From: Atractiella rhizophila
Lineage: Eukaryota
Assembly (NCBI GenBank): GCA_021432655.1
Contig: MU271642.1
Location: 1-36,067 of the forward strand
Length of the DNA: 36,067 nt
Direction: 5' to 3'
Part shown: positions 11,910-24,917 of the stretch, one piece after another
Layout: every line of letters begins with the position of its first letter
Numbering within the stretch: position 1 is the stretch's first letter
The notes under the pieces: model-generated
Seen by the model: only the letters and a program-made list of their open reading frames with translations
Told to the model about the DNA's origin: nothing
Database searches by the model: none
Translations under genes and position numbers: made by a program

Positions 11910-14900
11910 TCACAGGTCTGTAACTGCCCCCCTAGAAGCGTCCACTACATTCCTGTAATACTTTCTTAAAGTGCCTTTGAGCTCTTCCGCACGCCTCCTT
12001 CTCTCGTCCCTCTTCCCACCTGGGCTCTCCCATTCCTTCCTTCGCCTTGCTAGTTCGTCCTCTGAAACCAAAAGCTCAATGGTATTCTTAACGGCGTCAA
12101 TGGAAATCTCATCTCCATCTCTCACGAGAGCGATGGGACCACCTAATGAGTGGTGACTTTGGTTAACAGATTGAGCAAGGATTGACACGACCCACCTTCT
12201 TCAGCCTCAGGCACAACATGACCAATGCAAAAGCCATGAGATCTGTAGAAGCCTAGTTGTGACTCATTGACAATAACTTGAAAAAATTACGAACCCGCCA
12301 CTGAATCGACCATCTGTCACGCAGGCACAATCTTTGCCAAGTCCAGCGCCAACTAGCAAATCATCAGCGTCACACAACAGCTTCTCAGTGACACCTACTG
12401 ATTAAACTTGTAGGTTTCAACATCTCCGGCATGCCTAACGTTCATTGTAAAGATGCGACTGATATGAGAAAAGAGCCGCCGCACCTGGACCCCCCTTAGG
12501 TCCCAAATATCGCAGGACGACGACCGTCTTCTCGCCTTTCTTGAGTTCTCCTTTTTCGACCGCTGCAACCATCGACGCCTCGTCATCGAAGACACGCGCC
12601 TTTCCAACGAAAGAAAGCCCTTCCTTTCCAGTGATCTTTGCCACTGCCCCACCTGGCGCGAGCGAACCTTTCAGGATTCTATTTGACCAGATTCACTCAA
12701 TCTCTAAAAAGGAAAGGGGAGGAACAAACCGGATGTGACCTGTGCTCTTGATTGGCTGACTAAGTGGTCGCAACAAGTCTTGGCCGCTGGGGAGATCAGG
12801 AGCAGAGAAGAGGTTCTCTTCTAAGCTCTTGCCGGTGACAGTCATTCCGCTGCCATCTATGAGCTTGTTCTTCAGGAGGAACTTGAGGACAGCAGGGACT
12901 CCTCCGATTTTGTGAAGGTCTTCCATGACCTGATACAGCACACGTCGTCAAAGAGCGGATAGTTGAGAGACGGGACGTACATAGCGGCCAGACGGTTTTA
13001 GATCAGCAATGAAAGGAGTGCTGTCTGACACGCGATGAAAGTCGTCAATGGTCAGGTTCACTCCAACTGAATGGGCGATGGCAATCAGATGAAGCACTGC
13101 ATTGGTCGAGCCTCCAAGAATCATGGTCAAAATCTGAGTATGATTGTGAGCAGTTAGCACGGTATTAGCAAAAAAAGCTAACCATGGCATTTTCGAAAGC
13201 CTTTGGTGTCATGATATCACTCGGCTTCAGGTCCATCTCCAACAAGTTCCTGAGGACGGCACCAATGGAGTCACACTCCGCTAATTTTTCAGGAGAATCT
13301 GCAGGGAAAGAGGACGATCCAGGGAGCGACATGCCCAGCGCCTCTGCAGCGGAGGCCATCGTGTTCGCTGTATACATTCCTTCGCATGGCGTCAATGACC
13401 TGATAGACTGGAACACAATTGCCGCACCAGCACAGGCTCCACATCCTTTGCCCAAAGCATTCTTGATAGTCTTCTTTCTCTTATCCTCCGCTTCTGCCTG
13501 CACCCAACGATCTTGGACCCAGGTTTATAAAAAAAGATTCGTGAAAACCTACAGTAGAACCCTCGGCCAAATATGCACCATAGGACTGGAACGCAGACAC
13601 GATATCAATCGGCTCGTTGGTTCCATTTGATAGGCAGAGGTTTCCGGGTCTGATGGAACCACCATACACCATTACAGATGGACGGTCAATTCGCCCCATA
13701 GCGATGAGGGATCCGGGCCTGAATGATATGAGAAGGGAACGTCGCTTCCTAAAGAACGCTTACATGTTCTTGTCACAGGACTACAAGATATATTCAGCCT
13801 CTCTTGTCTGCAGCGGAAAAGAGGCAGCGTACGGGAATGGCCACCAGTCCATCTAACCAATGACCTTTAACGGCTGTTTCAAACTGGTCCGCAATGAGAT
13901 CTCGACTATGTTGTCCTCAGGTTTGATTTAGATGTCTAGAAGGGAAACCGACCTTTGTAGTGAGTACCGCATTCCTGAAGTCCCCATAGAGATGCCATCC
14001 TATTCACTGTGTTCAACATCATCACCTCCCCTCCTCAAAGCGGAAGGAGACGCACGGAGACGCCAATAGTTCCGAACTGGTACCCAATCAATCCTGCGTC
14101 TTGCACAGACTTTTTTGCGCGCCGTCCAAGCTCTAGGGTATGCTTGTTGCATGGATTTCCCTCGTACCTGTGCAGACATCAGTTGATTTGTTCTGGCTAG
14201 TGTAAATTGAGTTTTGGCAAGCCCGTTCGCGGTTTGAAGTGTGCGTTTCGAGGTGAGGTACAGGAAGTCATCAGTTAACGTGAAGACATGTCAACCCTTT
14301 TTGTGCTAACTCTACCAAACACACGGCTCGAGGGCCATAAGTATGTGGGGATTGAGGTAGCTTCCTTGGAATCATGTAATTATCATCACGGGAATGACGA
14401 AGCATTGCAGGTCATTGGAAGCAAAGTGTAGTCAACATGCGTATGATTCTGCAACTTGAGAGAACAGTGCTGAGGCGGTTGATTTGTGTATCAGGACATA
14501 CAAAACGTAACTAAGTACCACTATACTATTTGAACTTGAAGTAAGAGTAATACGACTGGCTACTGCAGCTAATTTGCAACTGAGGGCTGAGCGATTTAAG
14601 TGTAAAGCTATAACGACCGGAGGTGGCTCACCACAACATTGGTCGTACTTTCTAATAAAGCCGGTTTAAAGGTCTTGAATGTAGGGCTTATCTCCTTGCC
14701 TTCAACTCCAGTAGTCAAATTTGAGTATCTGGTCTTCTGATGCTAACTAAAAGAGAAGCCCATCGTTGAGGAATGGTAAAATATTATTGCTGGTGATGTC
14801 GACAGACTCAAGACTGCTGTCATCAACTTATAATCCTGTCGAACGGAACTTGTTACAATAATTAAGTAGGATTCATAGATATAAGGTGATGACATCCCAA

Positions 14901-15415
14901 GGTTTCCTCGATGATAGAAGGTGTGAACTTTTGCAAAAAATTCCGACTATTTACGGCTCCCTCAGAAAACGATAATGACCACGAGATATTCGGGACATCA
15001 ATGTACAATAAGGCTGAGTTGGGCATGACTGAATTGAATAACTTTACTTTTTCAGCGGCTGAACAAAAAAGCCTGTCATATTCTATATTGATACTGATTC
15101 TTCAGAGCGACTTGTAGAATCTAATGTCTCATTGGAACCCAGTTTCAAATGAAAGAAAGCCATAGTCGTGATTCATGACTATGATGGCTTGTGAAAACAA
15201 ACAACGCAACCTCACCACAGATAGAAAATATTGAAAGCTTACCAAACACTTCCCACCCCAACCATTCCTTTCTCCAAATCCGCTTCGCTGTCCACTCCCT
15301 CCGTCGCATAAAGCATAGCCTGGCTTGCTCCCTGTGACTTTGGCTGAGTTATGGTACGTGAATACCGGTTCAACGCAGCTCGCGCAGTGTTGTAGGTAGA
15401 GAATCTCCTAATCAT
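11910..15415 (-). CDS. ILV3: Mitochondrial dihydroxy-acid dehydratase
   Basis: [77 protein letters not shown] and GHVVPEA. Arg/Ser-rich presequence. First intron is 14168-15242 (1075 bp). Confidence 0.95.
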
Positions 15416-15653
15416 GACCCAGTAGATATTTTGTTCGAGAAAAGAGAGCAAGGATCTGCAAGGGTGAAAGTAGAAAATAGTGAGACAGCCCGATTATTTC
15501 GACGCGTTCTGATTCGACGGTATCAACAAGCTTCTTGCCACACAAAGAGCTCCGACCGCCTCCGTCCGGCTGATATTGGTATCAAATCATCCCGTCAACA
15601 ACTCCAGCACATTCTTTGCCTCTTCTATCCAATTACCCCTCCAGCGCAACGAG

Positions 15654-18600
15654 ATGGCCGAAGAAATTACCGTCACAGTGCGCGCACCGTCCAGCGTCTC
15701 ATTCAGCATCACCTTTCCACCATCCATCACCGTGCTCGAGCTCAAAGAGAAGATAGAGGTCAAGTCTCCAGAGATTGAGCGCCTAGGCGAGGTCAAGAAG
15801 GAGCAGCTGAGGTTGATTTATTCTGGAAGGGTTCTAAAAGACGAAGATCAGGTCGATTCGTATGGGATCAAGGTAAGTGCTCATGTTGTCGGTGGCGAGG
15901 CACAAGTGGTGCACGACGGTTCTTTGTTCTGTCGTTTCGAAAAGAATGGACCCTTCTACCGCCCCAATGCTGGGTGATTTCAAATCATTGTAGCCACTTC
16001 CCGCGGTCGCCGGTGGCAGATACCCTTCTCTCCATATGTTAGAGCTCTTTCCGTCTACAGCCATGCAGTGGACCGAGGAACAAATCCGAGTTTGCATAGC
16101 ATACTCAGGTCTTTGCGACCTTTCGAGAGTTTCATCGCACGTCTGAGGATATCCGAAGAGATGCATTTACGTGATCCGCCACTCTTACAGAGCCGCGTCA
16201 GATGCCGCTATGAAGTGAAGTCACACGTTTCAATTTCATCTCCTCTTCCTTTCTTCTTCACTCCATGCCCTAGTTGCCCAATGTTAGCGCGTTCACTTGA
16301 GCGCTGCGCAATTGTGAAGAATGGAGGTTGCTAATGAGCTTTTAACCAAGTTGCACGTCGTCCCTCAAATCTGTGACTTTGTCCCAGCTGTCTCATCCAT
16401 TTGGCGTGTTCATAGAGCTCTACACGTTATGATCTGTAGCAATGACAAAGTATCCAAACGAGTTTAACCCTTGTCGAGATTATCGCTCATTTATGTTCAT
16501 TCTATCCTTTCACATGATAAGTTTTGGAGCGTGATTGCACCATATGTTACTCTGTTCTCAAAATCTTTAGAAACTTAGTATTCTTTTAGATGTGACGATA
16601 TCACAGAACATTCACTAAAGGGAGCTGATTTTCCACCAGAATGGTCACACCATGCATCTAGTGAAAGGTGCCGTTCGCTCGACTGCACCTTCATCGTCTG
16701 GCTCTGGTACAACAAATAATGTACCGAGAAATATCGAAGTCGGACAGCAGTATGCGAGTGCGTAAAACCTCCTTCTTCCCATCCCGTACATGCAGTTGAT
16801 TCCATCTGACCGGTTCAGACAATCCCCTCGCACCATTACTCAACGCCTCGAACACTGGGTATGGACCTGGGCTCGCTGGTGCTATGCAACAGATCGCCAA
16901 TCCTTTCGGTGGAAACCTGAACGATCCCAACCAGGTGCATCACCTTCACTTTCCTGATATTTCTAGGTTGACAGGAGAGGTAGATGCTCGGTATGATGGA
17001 CTCGCCTGAATTTCGCCAGCAGATGGACACAATGCTAGAAGAAATTACCGTCACAGTGCGCGCACCGTCCAGCGTCTCATTCAGCATCACCTTTCCACCA
17101 TCCATCACCGTGCTCGAGCTCAAAGAGAAGATAGAGGTCAAGTCTCCAGAGATTGAGCGTCTGGGCGAGGTCAAGAAGGAGCAGCTGAGGTTGATTTATT
17201 CTGGAAGGGTTCTAAAAGACGAAGATCAGGTCGATTCGTATGGGATCAAGGTAAGTGCTCATGTTGTCGGTGGCGAGGCACAAGTGGTGCACGACGGTTC
17301 TTTGTTCTGTCGTTTCGAAAAGAATGGACCCTTCTACCGCCCCAATGCTGGGTGATTTCAAATCATTGTAGCCACTTCCCGCGGTCGCCGGTGGCAGATA
17401 CCCTTCTCTCCATATGTTAGAGCTCTTTCCGTCTACAGCCATGCAGTGGACCGAGGAACAAATCCGAGTTTGCATAGCATACTCAGGTCTTTGCGACCTT
17501 TCGAGAGTTTCATCGCACGTCTGAGGATATCCGAAGAGATGCATTTACGTGATCCGCCACTCTTACAGAGCCGCGTCAGATGCCGCTATGAAGTGAAGTC
17601 ACACGTTTCAATTTCATCTCCTCTTCCTTTCTTCTTCACTCCATGCCCTAGTTGCCCAATGTTAGCGCGTTCACTTGAGCGCTGCGCAATTGTGAAGAAT
17701 GGAGGTTGCTAATGAGCTTTTAACCAAGTTGCACGTCGTCCCTCAAATCTGTGACTTTGTCCCAGCTGTCTCATCCATTTGGCGTGTTCATAGAGCTCTA
17801 CACGTTATGATCTGTAGCAATGACAAAGTATCCAAACGAGTTTAACCCTTGTCGAGATTATCGCTCATTTATGTTCATTCTATCCTTTCACATGATAAGT
17901 TTTGGAGCGTGATTGCACCATATGTTACTCTGTTCTCAAAATCTTTAGAAACTTAGTATTCTTTTAGATGTGACGATATCACAGAACATTCACTAAAGGG
18001 AGCTGATTTTCCACCAGAATGGTCACACCATGCATCTAGTGAAAGGTGCCGTTCGCTCGACTGCACCTTCATCGTCTGGCTCTGGTACAACAAATAATGT
18101 ACCGAGAAATATCGAAGTCGGACAGCAGTATGCGAGTGCGTAAAACCTCCTTCTTCCCATCCCGTACATGCAGTTGATTCCATCTGACCGGTTCAGACAA
18201 TCCCCTCGCACCATTACTCAACGCCTCGAACACTGGGTATGGACCTGGGCTCGCTGGTGCTATGCAACAGATCGCCAATCCTTTCGGTGGAAACCTGAAC
18301 GATCCCAACCAGGTGCATCACCTTCACTTTCCTGATATTTCTAGGTTGACAGGAGAGGTAGATGCTCGGTATGATGGACTCGCCTGAATTTCGCCAGCAG
18401 ATGGACACAATGCTCCAAGATCCTCACTTCGTCGATATGATGGTATGCCCCTCTCCCATGGTTTTGGTTCTAGTGTATACCAACTCATCTCTTGGGACAG
18501 ATCCAGCAAGGACCTCCTGAGCTGCGTCAAATGGGCCCCATGCTTAGAGAAATGCTAAGGATCCCTATGTGAGACTGCTCCCATTTTCCCATGCTGTTCT

Positions 18601-19282
18601 GAAGGTTTCTATTCAGGTATCGACAGATGTTGACAGACGTTAGTAGATATATCGTTCAACGAGCAAAATTGTTGACGTGTTGTGGTGTAGCCCAACCTAA
18701 TGCGTCAAATGCAAGGTATGAGAGGAGCAATGGGAGGTATGGGCGGTATGCCCGGTATGGGAGGCATGGGAGGCATGTTCGGAATGCCACAAGCGCCTTC
18801 GACTACCGCTGGCACCACACCTTCAACTACAGCAGGAGCACCGGCAGGGAATCTCTTCAATCAGGCGCAAGCAACAAACACGACCCCAGCTCCTTCCGGC
18901 ACAACACCAGGGCTCGCCGACCAGGGACTGGGTCAGGGTCAAGGACAGCCCGACTTGGCGTCGATGATGCGCATGATGCAAGCTATGGGAGGGATGCAGG
19001 GAATGGGCATGGGCGGAATGGGCGGTGGCATGTTTGGTGCTCCTCCTGTCCAGCCTACGGACACTAGACCGCCAGAAGAGCGATTCGAGGTCTGTTCGCA
19101 CTCGTTATCCTCTTCATTGCTCATCGTTACCTTCTTTTGGCGTTTGGCGGGAACAGGTTCAGTTGGGCCAGTTGCGTGAAATGGGATTCACGAATGCGAG
19201 CCAGAATATACGCGCACTCATGGCTAATGGAGGTGACGTGCAGTCTGCCATCGAGTACATGCTTGGTGGTGGAGGGTTGTAA
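15654..19282 (+). CDS. DSK2: Ubiquilin/Dsk2 (UBL-STI1-UBA) with the UBL-containing segment duplicated in frame
   Basis: UBL: TVLELKEKI..QLRLIYSGRVLKD..YGIK|NGHTMHLVK. Met/Gly-rich middle region. UBA: RPPEERFE|VQLGQLREMGF..NIRALMANGGDVQSAIEYML. First intron is 15873-16639 (767 bp). Confidence 0.92.
15660..18414 (+). repeat. Direct tandem duplication with 1378-bp period (15660-17036 and 17038-18414)
   Basis: ORF translations are identical at offset 1378. The only differences I saw are CGC-CTA vs CGT-CTG (synonymous) and a junction base A at 17037. Confidence 0.97.
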
Positions 19283-19689
19283 ATTTGGGGCTAGGTGCAG
19301 TGTGATTTATATGCAGTTTAAACGTCTAAGGTGTATTTGAGACAGTTCATAGACCTACTCATACCTTCTTAGTTTGAATGAGCAGCGTCAAGTACAATGT
19401 TTAGAAAGATGCGAGTTGATTCCAGACGATTAATATTTGACAATACCACTAAGACTAGCAAAGAAGTACATTGCGACGGCAAAATATTAATCGTGAACTG
19501 GCCTATGTAGAGTAAAATGTCCGGTTCCAGCCAAGTGAGGTTGACACGAAGGTGGTGTACAGGGAACGATTAACAGTACAACTGTCGAAAAGCGAAACAA
19601 CGAGACCAGAACCTGAGACCTTGATGAATGCAGTTTTTATGGACAAATGCGATTTAAATGGCGAGAGTGAGTGGGCAGTAGACAACGAG

Positions 19690-20850
19690 TCAACGAAGAA
19701 GACAAGGCGAGATTTCGATCCACGAATGGTCTTTGGGAATCGTGTCCAGTGTTAAACGAGCGAGGCGTGGCCGCCGTTCACTGACGTTGGCATTGGCATC
19801 GAGACGAGGAGGAAGGTTGCGAGACTGGGATTTTGAACGATTCCGACGCCGACTCTTCTCTTCGATGCACTCCTTGCGCTCATCTCGAGCTTGAGTTTGA
19901 GCTGGGACGTGGAAATGGGCCCAACGGATCTGCTCCATCTCCATCCGTTGACGTCGCTTCTTCTCCTGCCACAGCCTCTCCTCCCAGTCCCGGATGTATC
20001 CCTCGATGATTTCTACTAGGTTCGGCTCGCCGATTTGCCAATCCAAAGCGCTCATGAGCTCGAATTGGAGCTCGTTGATCTCGGTCTTCGCTCCAGAACA
20101 CTCTAAAAGGAGCAACAAAGTAGGCTTCGTGGCGACATGCAAAACTCAACCCTACTCGCTTTCGAACCTCCCTTATTACTCACTTTACCCAGCAACAGTG
20201 CCTTATATCTGGTCACTTCCAAGAGAGAATCCGACGGTAAAAAGGCCCCGTTTTTATTCGCTAGACAGAAACATCCAGGGCAGAAGGTTTGGCGTTATGG
20301 ACGCCTTACGAGCCAACATTGCAGTTTTTACATGTCGACCCTTCCTGTGGCGTACTGCCAGCGGGCGCCTGCTAGTCCTCTTCACTAGAGTTTAGAGCTT
20401 GACTCAAATCTCTGGACGGCTTTCGAAAAGCGAAGAGCCCGCTAACTACCTCTAGGGACGTTACCCATATTTTTCGGCGCAAGGAAACGGGAAAGGAGGA
20501 AAGGGAACCGACTGAGCTTCCTTGGAGAAGCAGGCAGGGAGCGACGCAGGGCTCATATATATAAGCAGTTTAGAGAGGAAATCGGGTGTCTTCGTTGAAC
20601 TTGTAGTACTGGTCGAGTGGAGGTCTGAGCGCTATAGTGCCAAAGTTTCCATACGGAACAACAAGAGGTTCTTAGATGATACCTCACAATTGCAGACGAA
20701 ACCGCACGTCTGTAAACGTAGGAGACGCGTCTCTGCGAGTTGCGTGAAAAGGGCTAGGGTGAGTGACTTAGCTGTAGCTTCGTTGTGTTCAGTGCTGCGC
20801 TCTGCACATGCCTGCAAGAAGGTCAGCTGCTTACCGACCGGATGCACAAA
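19690..20850 (-). other. Cyclin-like (PCL/Pho80-type) fragments, possibly a pseudogene
   Basis: EINELQFELMSALDWQI resembles the end of the cyclin N-terminal box. Upstream fragments PDFLSKLLIYMSP and GCFCLANK resemble earlier helices. No clean splice model, and the region is next to an assembly gap. Confidence 0.35.
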
Positions 20851-21130
20851 ATGGCGTGGTTACGAGGAATGTGCTGGTATAAGGTACGGGAGGCGGAGGA
20901 TCTTGCTGATAGGAGAAGCAAGAGGGAGCGAGGGTAAAGGGTTCTATGGGGTTTCAGAGCAAATGAGGTAGTAGCGGAGTAAAAGAGCCGAGAGCAGGAG
21001 TCGAAGACGAAAGTGTACCTGCTGTTGATAAGCATGCAAGGCAAGCAAGAGGTACAGGAATACCGCACGACTTCCCCTGCCATCCTTGTTCAGCAAACGT
21101 CAGCGTAGGTTCCCAGAGAAGTTGCAAGCG

Positions 21131-21824
21131 NNNNNNNNNNNNNNNNNNNNNNNNNNNNNNNNNNNNNNNNNNNNNNNNNNNNNNNNNNNNNNNNNNNNNN
21201 NNNNNNNNNNNNNNNNNNNNNNNNNNNNNNNNNNNNNNNNNNNNNNNNNNNNNNNNNNNNNNNNNNNNNNNNNNNNNNNNNNNNNNNNNNNNNNNNNNNN
21301 NNNNNNNNNNNNNNNNNNNNNNNNNNNNNNNNNNNNNNNNNNNNNNNNNNNNNNNNNNNNNNNNNNNNNNNNNNNNNNNNNNNNNNNNNNNNNNNNNNNN
21401 NNNNNNNNNNNNNNNNNNNNNNNNNNNNNNNNNNNNNNNNNNNNNNNNNNNNNNNNNNNNNNNNNNNNNNNNNNNNNNNNNNNNNNNNNNNNNNNNNNNN
21501 NNNNNNNNNNNNNNNNNNNNNNNNNNNNNNNNNNNNNNNNNNNNNNNNNNNNNNNNNNNNNNNNNNNNNNNNNNNNNNNNNNNNNNNNNNNNNNNNNNNN
21601 NNNNNNNNNNNNNNNNNNNNNNNNNNNNNNNNNNNNNNNNNNNNNNNNNNNNNNNNNNNNNNNNNNNNNNNNNNNNNNNNNNNNNNNNNNNNNNNNNNNN
21701 NNNNNNNNNNNNNNNNNNNNNNNNNNNNNNNNNNNNNNNNNNNNNNNNNNNNNNNNNNNNNNNNNNNNNNNNNNNNNNNNNNNNNNNNNNNNNNNNNNNN
21801 NNNNNNNNNNNNNNNNNNNNNNNN
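21131..21824. other. Assembly gap
   Basis: Run of 694 N. Confidence 1.
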
Positions 21825-23340
21825 AGGACAAGGGCGATCGAGCAGAACAAGGGGTCATAAATTCGTCGGCGAGATCGGGGTCACGGGGTTGCAGTTGCGT
21901 CGTTGGCTGGCATTTTTGGAGTCTTCTCCAAGTTGCCAATCGTGGCCCTCAAGTTTTTACCACGCCAAATAGGAGCTCCGGTTCGCTCCTCCTCTCTCTT
22001 GCGCCGAAATAAGAAGTTCCATGTTCACGTTGAGCCCGTTAAGCGCACTGACACCCAAATCGTCCCTTCTGGATCATGTTCCATACCCGTATCTTCGCCG
22101 GTACCTCATCGTCCTCCCGATGAAGCCAACGCTTGTTTCTGCATGGCGTGGGTAGGGAACTCTTCTTCAAGTGTTTTTTGAGAACTTGAACTGCAGTAGC
22201 CTAAAATGGAGAGGTTGCGATATCCTCATCGGGCAACTCTGTACGAAACAGATGGAAAGACTACCAGAGCAAACAAAAACCTCACATCGCGTCAGGTCGC
22301 GATCGTGACGAGCCAGGCTCAATGTTCTTGGTCTCGATGCTCTTTCCGCGGGACCGCTGAGTGCAAGCCCCAACCATCCTCCTTGTATCGTATCCTCCGC
22401 CTCCGCCTCTTTGCTCGGTTCGCGCGGCAAGAAACGTTCACGACACCAAAGATCAACATAACTCGTCTGTCCAAGCCGAAACTAGCAACGCCGGGCGCTC
22501 TTCTTGTGCTAATCCATGAAATAAGAGGAGATACACGCAGAGTAGTACGTAGATTTCGATTTGATAATGACCACCAATTATAATATTCCTGACCTTCTCA
22601 TCATGATCATGATCGATCGAAGGGAGCTAGGGGAACCAGAGTCCTCAATGAAACCAGATCAGACCTGTCAAAACCGACCGAAGTTTCGAACAAAGGCTTA
22701 GCTACTAATGGTTATCTATCATGCGCAATGTAAGCCTTTTGATCCAACTTCATGATCTTTCATCCAAAAATGTTGCCGTCCAGCCTGAAATTATGAACCC
22801 TTATTGTGAGGTCAATCAACACGCATTGTGTCGCAACACGGGAAAAACTGCTGAATTGCTCCCGAAGAGGTGCTCAACAATATTGGCTCACAGAGATATC
22901 ATGGGGAAACAGATAGGTAGATCGATCGTGAGGTTGGTGAGAAAGCAAGCAAAGTTCTCCTGTCAGAATGCAGTTCAATTCGATCACCCACCGTCTAGCG
23001 ACCCCCACATCCATATCTCAACCCTCGCTCGAGAGCCGCCATATTCCTTTGGACATTCGAAAACAAATATGAGCACTGATTTGAAAAAAGTTTCAAGTTT
23101 TAAGGTTCGGAGCGACCAGCAATTGTTGCTCATTGATTGGACAGCCAACGAATCCCTGTTGTTTACAGCTTTCTGCATTGAAACGTGCGACTTTTGCCTT
23201 CTGTCAAGCTGAGAGCTCACAAGAAGGATAGGTTGAATCTTGCGGATTGTGGAGATTCGGCTGAGTCTGCACCACCCACTCAATGCAGGGTTAAGCGGCA
23301 CTGGAACTTGCAAGTCAAATTCGATTCGAGAGCCACAAAT

Positions 23341-23348
23341 TATAAAAG
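23341..23348 (+). promoter_or_regulatory. Putative TATA box of the MOSC gene
   Basis: TATAAAAG starting 65 nt upstream of the ATG at 23406. Confidence 0.5.
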
Positions 23349-23405
23349 AGGGATTCGTTCAGTCTTCATCTTCATCACCTCTCCCACAAAAAGGCATACC
23401 AGAAA

Positions 23406-24917
23406 ATGGCGACGAACGCAACGACCTTGCTAGAGTCATTCAAATTCGATTCCCTCCCTATTGAAGCCTTCGGATTGTCAGCTCTACTCTTCGTGGGAAC
23501 CATCTACTTTGTACCTGTGTTATTCTTCCGAAAAGCACTCAAGGATACCCTCGGCGGCTTGTTGAGGAAGGAGGATGAACTCGAGAAGCGACAATTGACT
23601 GTGGAATCGCTATACAGTGCGTCCTCCTTCTTCTCTCAGCACCTATAGGAAGCGAAAATCTCATTGCACGATTTGTAGTCTACCCCATCAAAGTGCGTTC
23701 GTTTTGATTATTGGCACAAAGGAAGGTGGCTGAAAATGTCGCGTGAAGAGCTGCAAGGGCACGAAGCTGGAGTCCTGTGAATACACCGAGACAGGATTCA
23801 AAGTCGGTGTTTCTTCCGCTCTCCTTGGTCTTCAGCGCCTAATATTGATCTCCTGTTCAAAGTATGACAGGCATTGGGTAGTAGTGGACGCGACAACTCA
23901 TAAACAATGCACCGCGAGAGAATATCCTCAAGTGCGTCCTTCCCTCCTTTCACTTCGACCAAAACAGGACTCCTAATGATGACATTAGATGGTCCTTATC
24001 CACCCTGTTGTCAATCAAAACGCAGGCACATTGACCATTCTCATTGGTCCTTTAACCTACGTTGTCCCTCTCGATCCCTCACCCTCCTCATCCACCCGCT
24101 ATGAAGACATTCAAATCTGGTCTTCCACCACAGACGGGTACCATGTAGTAGTCCCCGCTACATCCACCCAACCCTCGCTGGATGAGGCACTCTCGAAATA
24201 CCTCGGGAAGGAAGTATTGCTCGTTCGAAAAGGCTCACAACAAAGAGCAGTGGGTAGGAATACCATCACATACGAGGTGGACTACGGGAGTGGGAAAGGT
24301 TCCAACGGTGGTGCCCACACCGCGTTCGCTGACGGCTATCCATTCCTCGTCACCACTCGAGAATCGTTCCAACACGTCTGGAGTCGGGTGAGGTTGGATG
24401 CCCAGGAGGGGAAAATTATCAAGAATGAGAAGGAGAGGGAGCTGTGGAAGGAGGGAGGAAGCGAAGAAATCGTCATTGAACGCTTTCGGCCTAATGTGGT
24501 GGTTAAAGGAGCAGAGGAATGGGAAGAGGATGGATGGATACGGTTGGAGGTGGGAGAAGGGAAGGACATCTTCAACCTTGTAACGAGGTGTGGACGGTGA
24601 GCCCCGTTTCTCCGTTTACCCTTTTTCTCCTCACCTCAGGGAGAGCTCTCATTGATGGGATTGCTGGGATGCACAGGTGTCAGCTACCAAATGTTGATCC
24701 TGCCACAGGAGTTCCATCCAAAACCGTACCGTACAAGATCATCTCCTCCTACCGACGCGTAGACCCTGCAGACAAATATTCGCCATGTTTCGGAATCAAC
24801 ACGATACCAAAGAGTAGTGCGGGAGTCGTCCAAGTCGGTGATACAGTGAAGGTGGTAGCAAGGGGGCAGAGGAGGGACGGAGGGGGATGGATAAGGCCAG
24901 AAGATGGGAAAGAGTAG
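23406..24917 (+). CDS. MOSC-domain molybdenum-cofactor protein (mARC-like) with N-terminal membrane anchor
   Basis: Spliced LYIYPIKSCKG, YDRHWVVVD, TAREYPQMVLI, FADGYPFLV, RFRPNVVV, RCGRCQLPNVDP and CFGIN. Five introns, including one 14-nt microexon. Confidence 0.92.

Noticed and set aside
14240..14280. CTGATGA...GAAAC on the minus strand resembling a hammerhead ribozyme core
   Set aside because: The pyrimidine-rich spacer cannot form stem II, and no stems I/III with an NUH site are evident.
14911..15117. Small ORFs inside the long introns (also 5265-5486, 16068-16334, 29186-29404) as nested genes
   Set aside because: Short, unrelated to each other, and without transposase, endonuclease or other recognisable motifs.
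20954..22012. Long ORFs of 279-308 aa
   Set aside because: Artifacts of translating through the N gap.
21825..23300. Several 90-160 aa ORFs after the gap
   Set aside because: No recognisable domains and conflicting strands, so no call can be supported.
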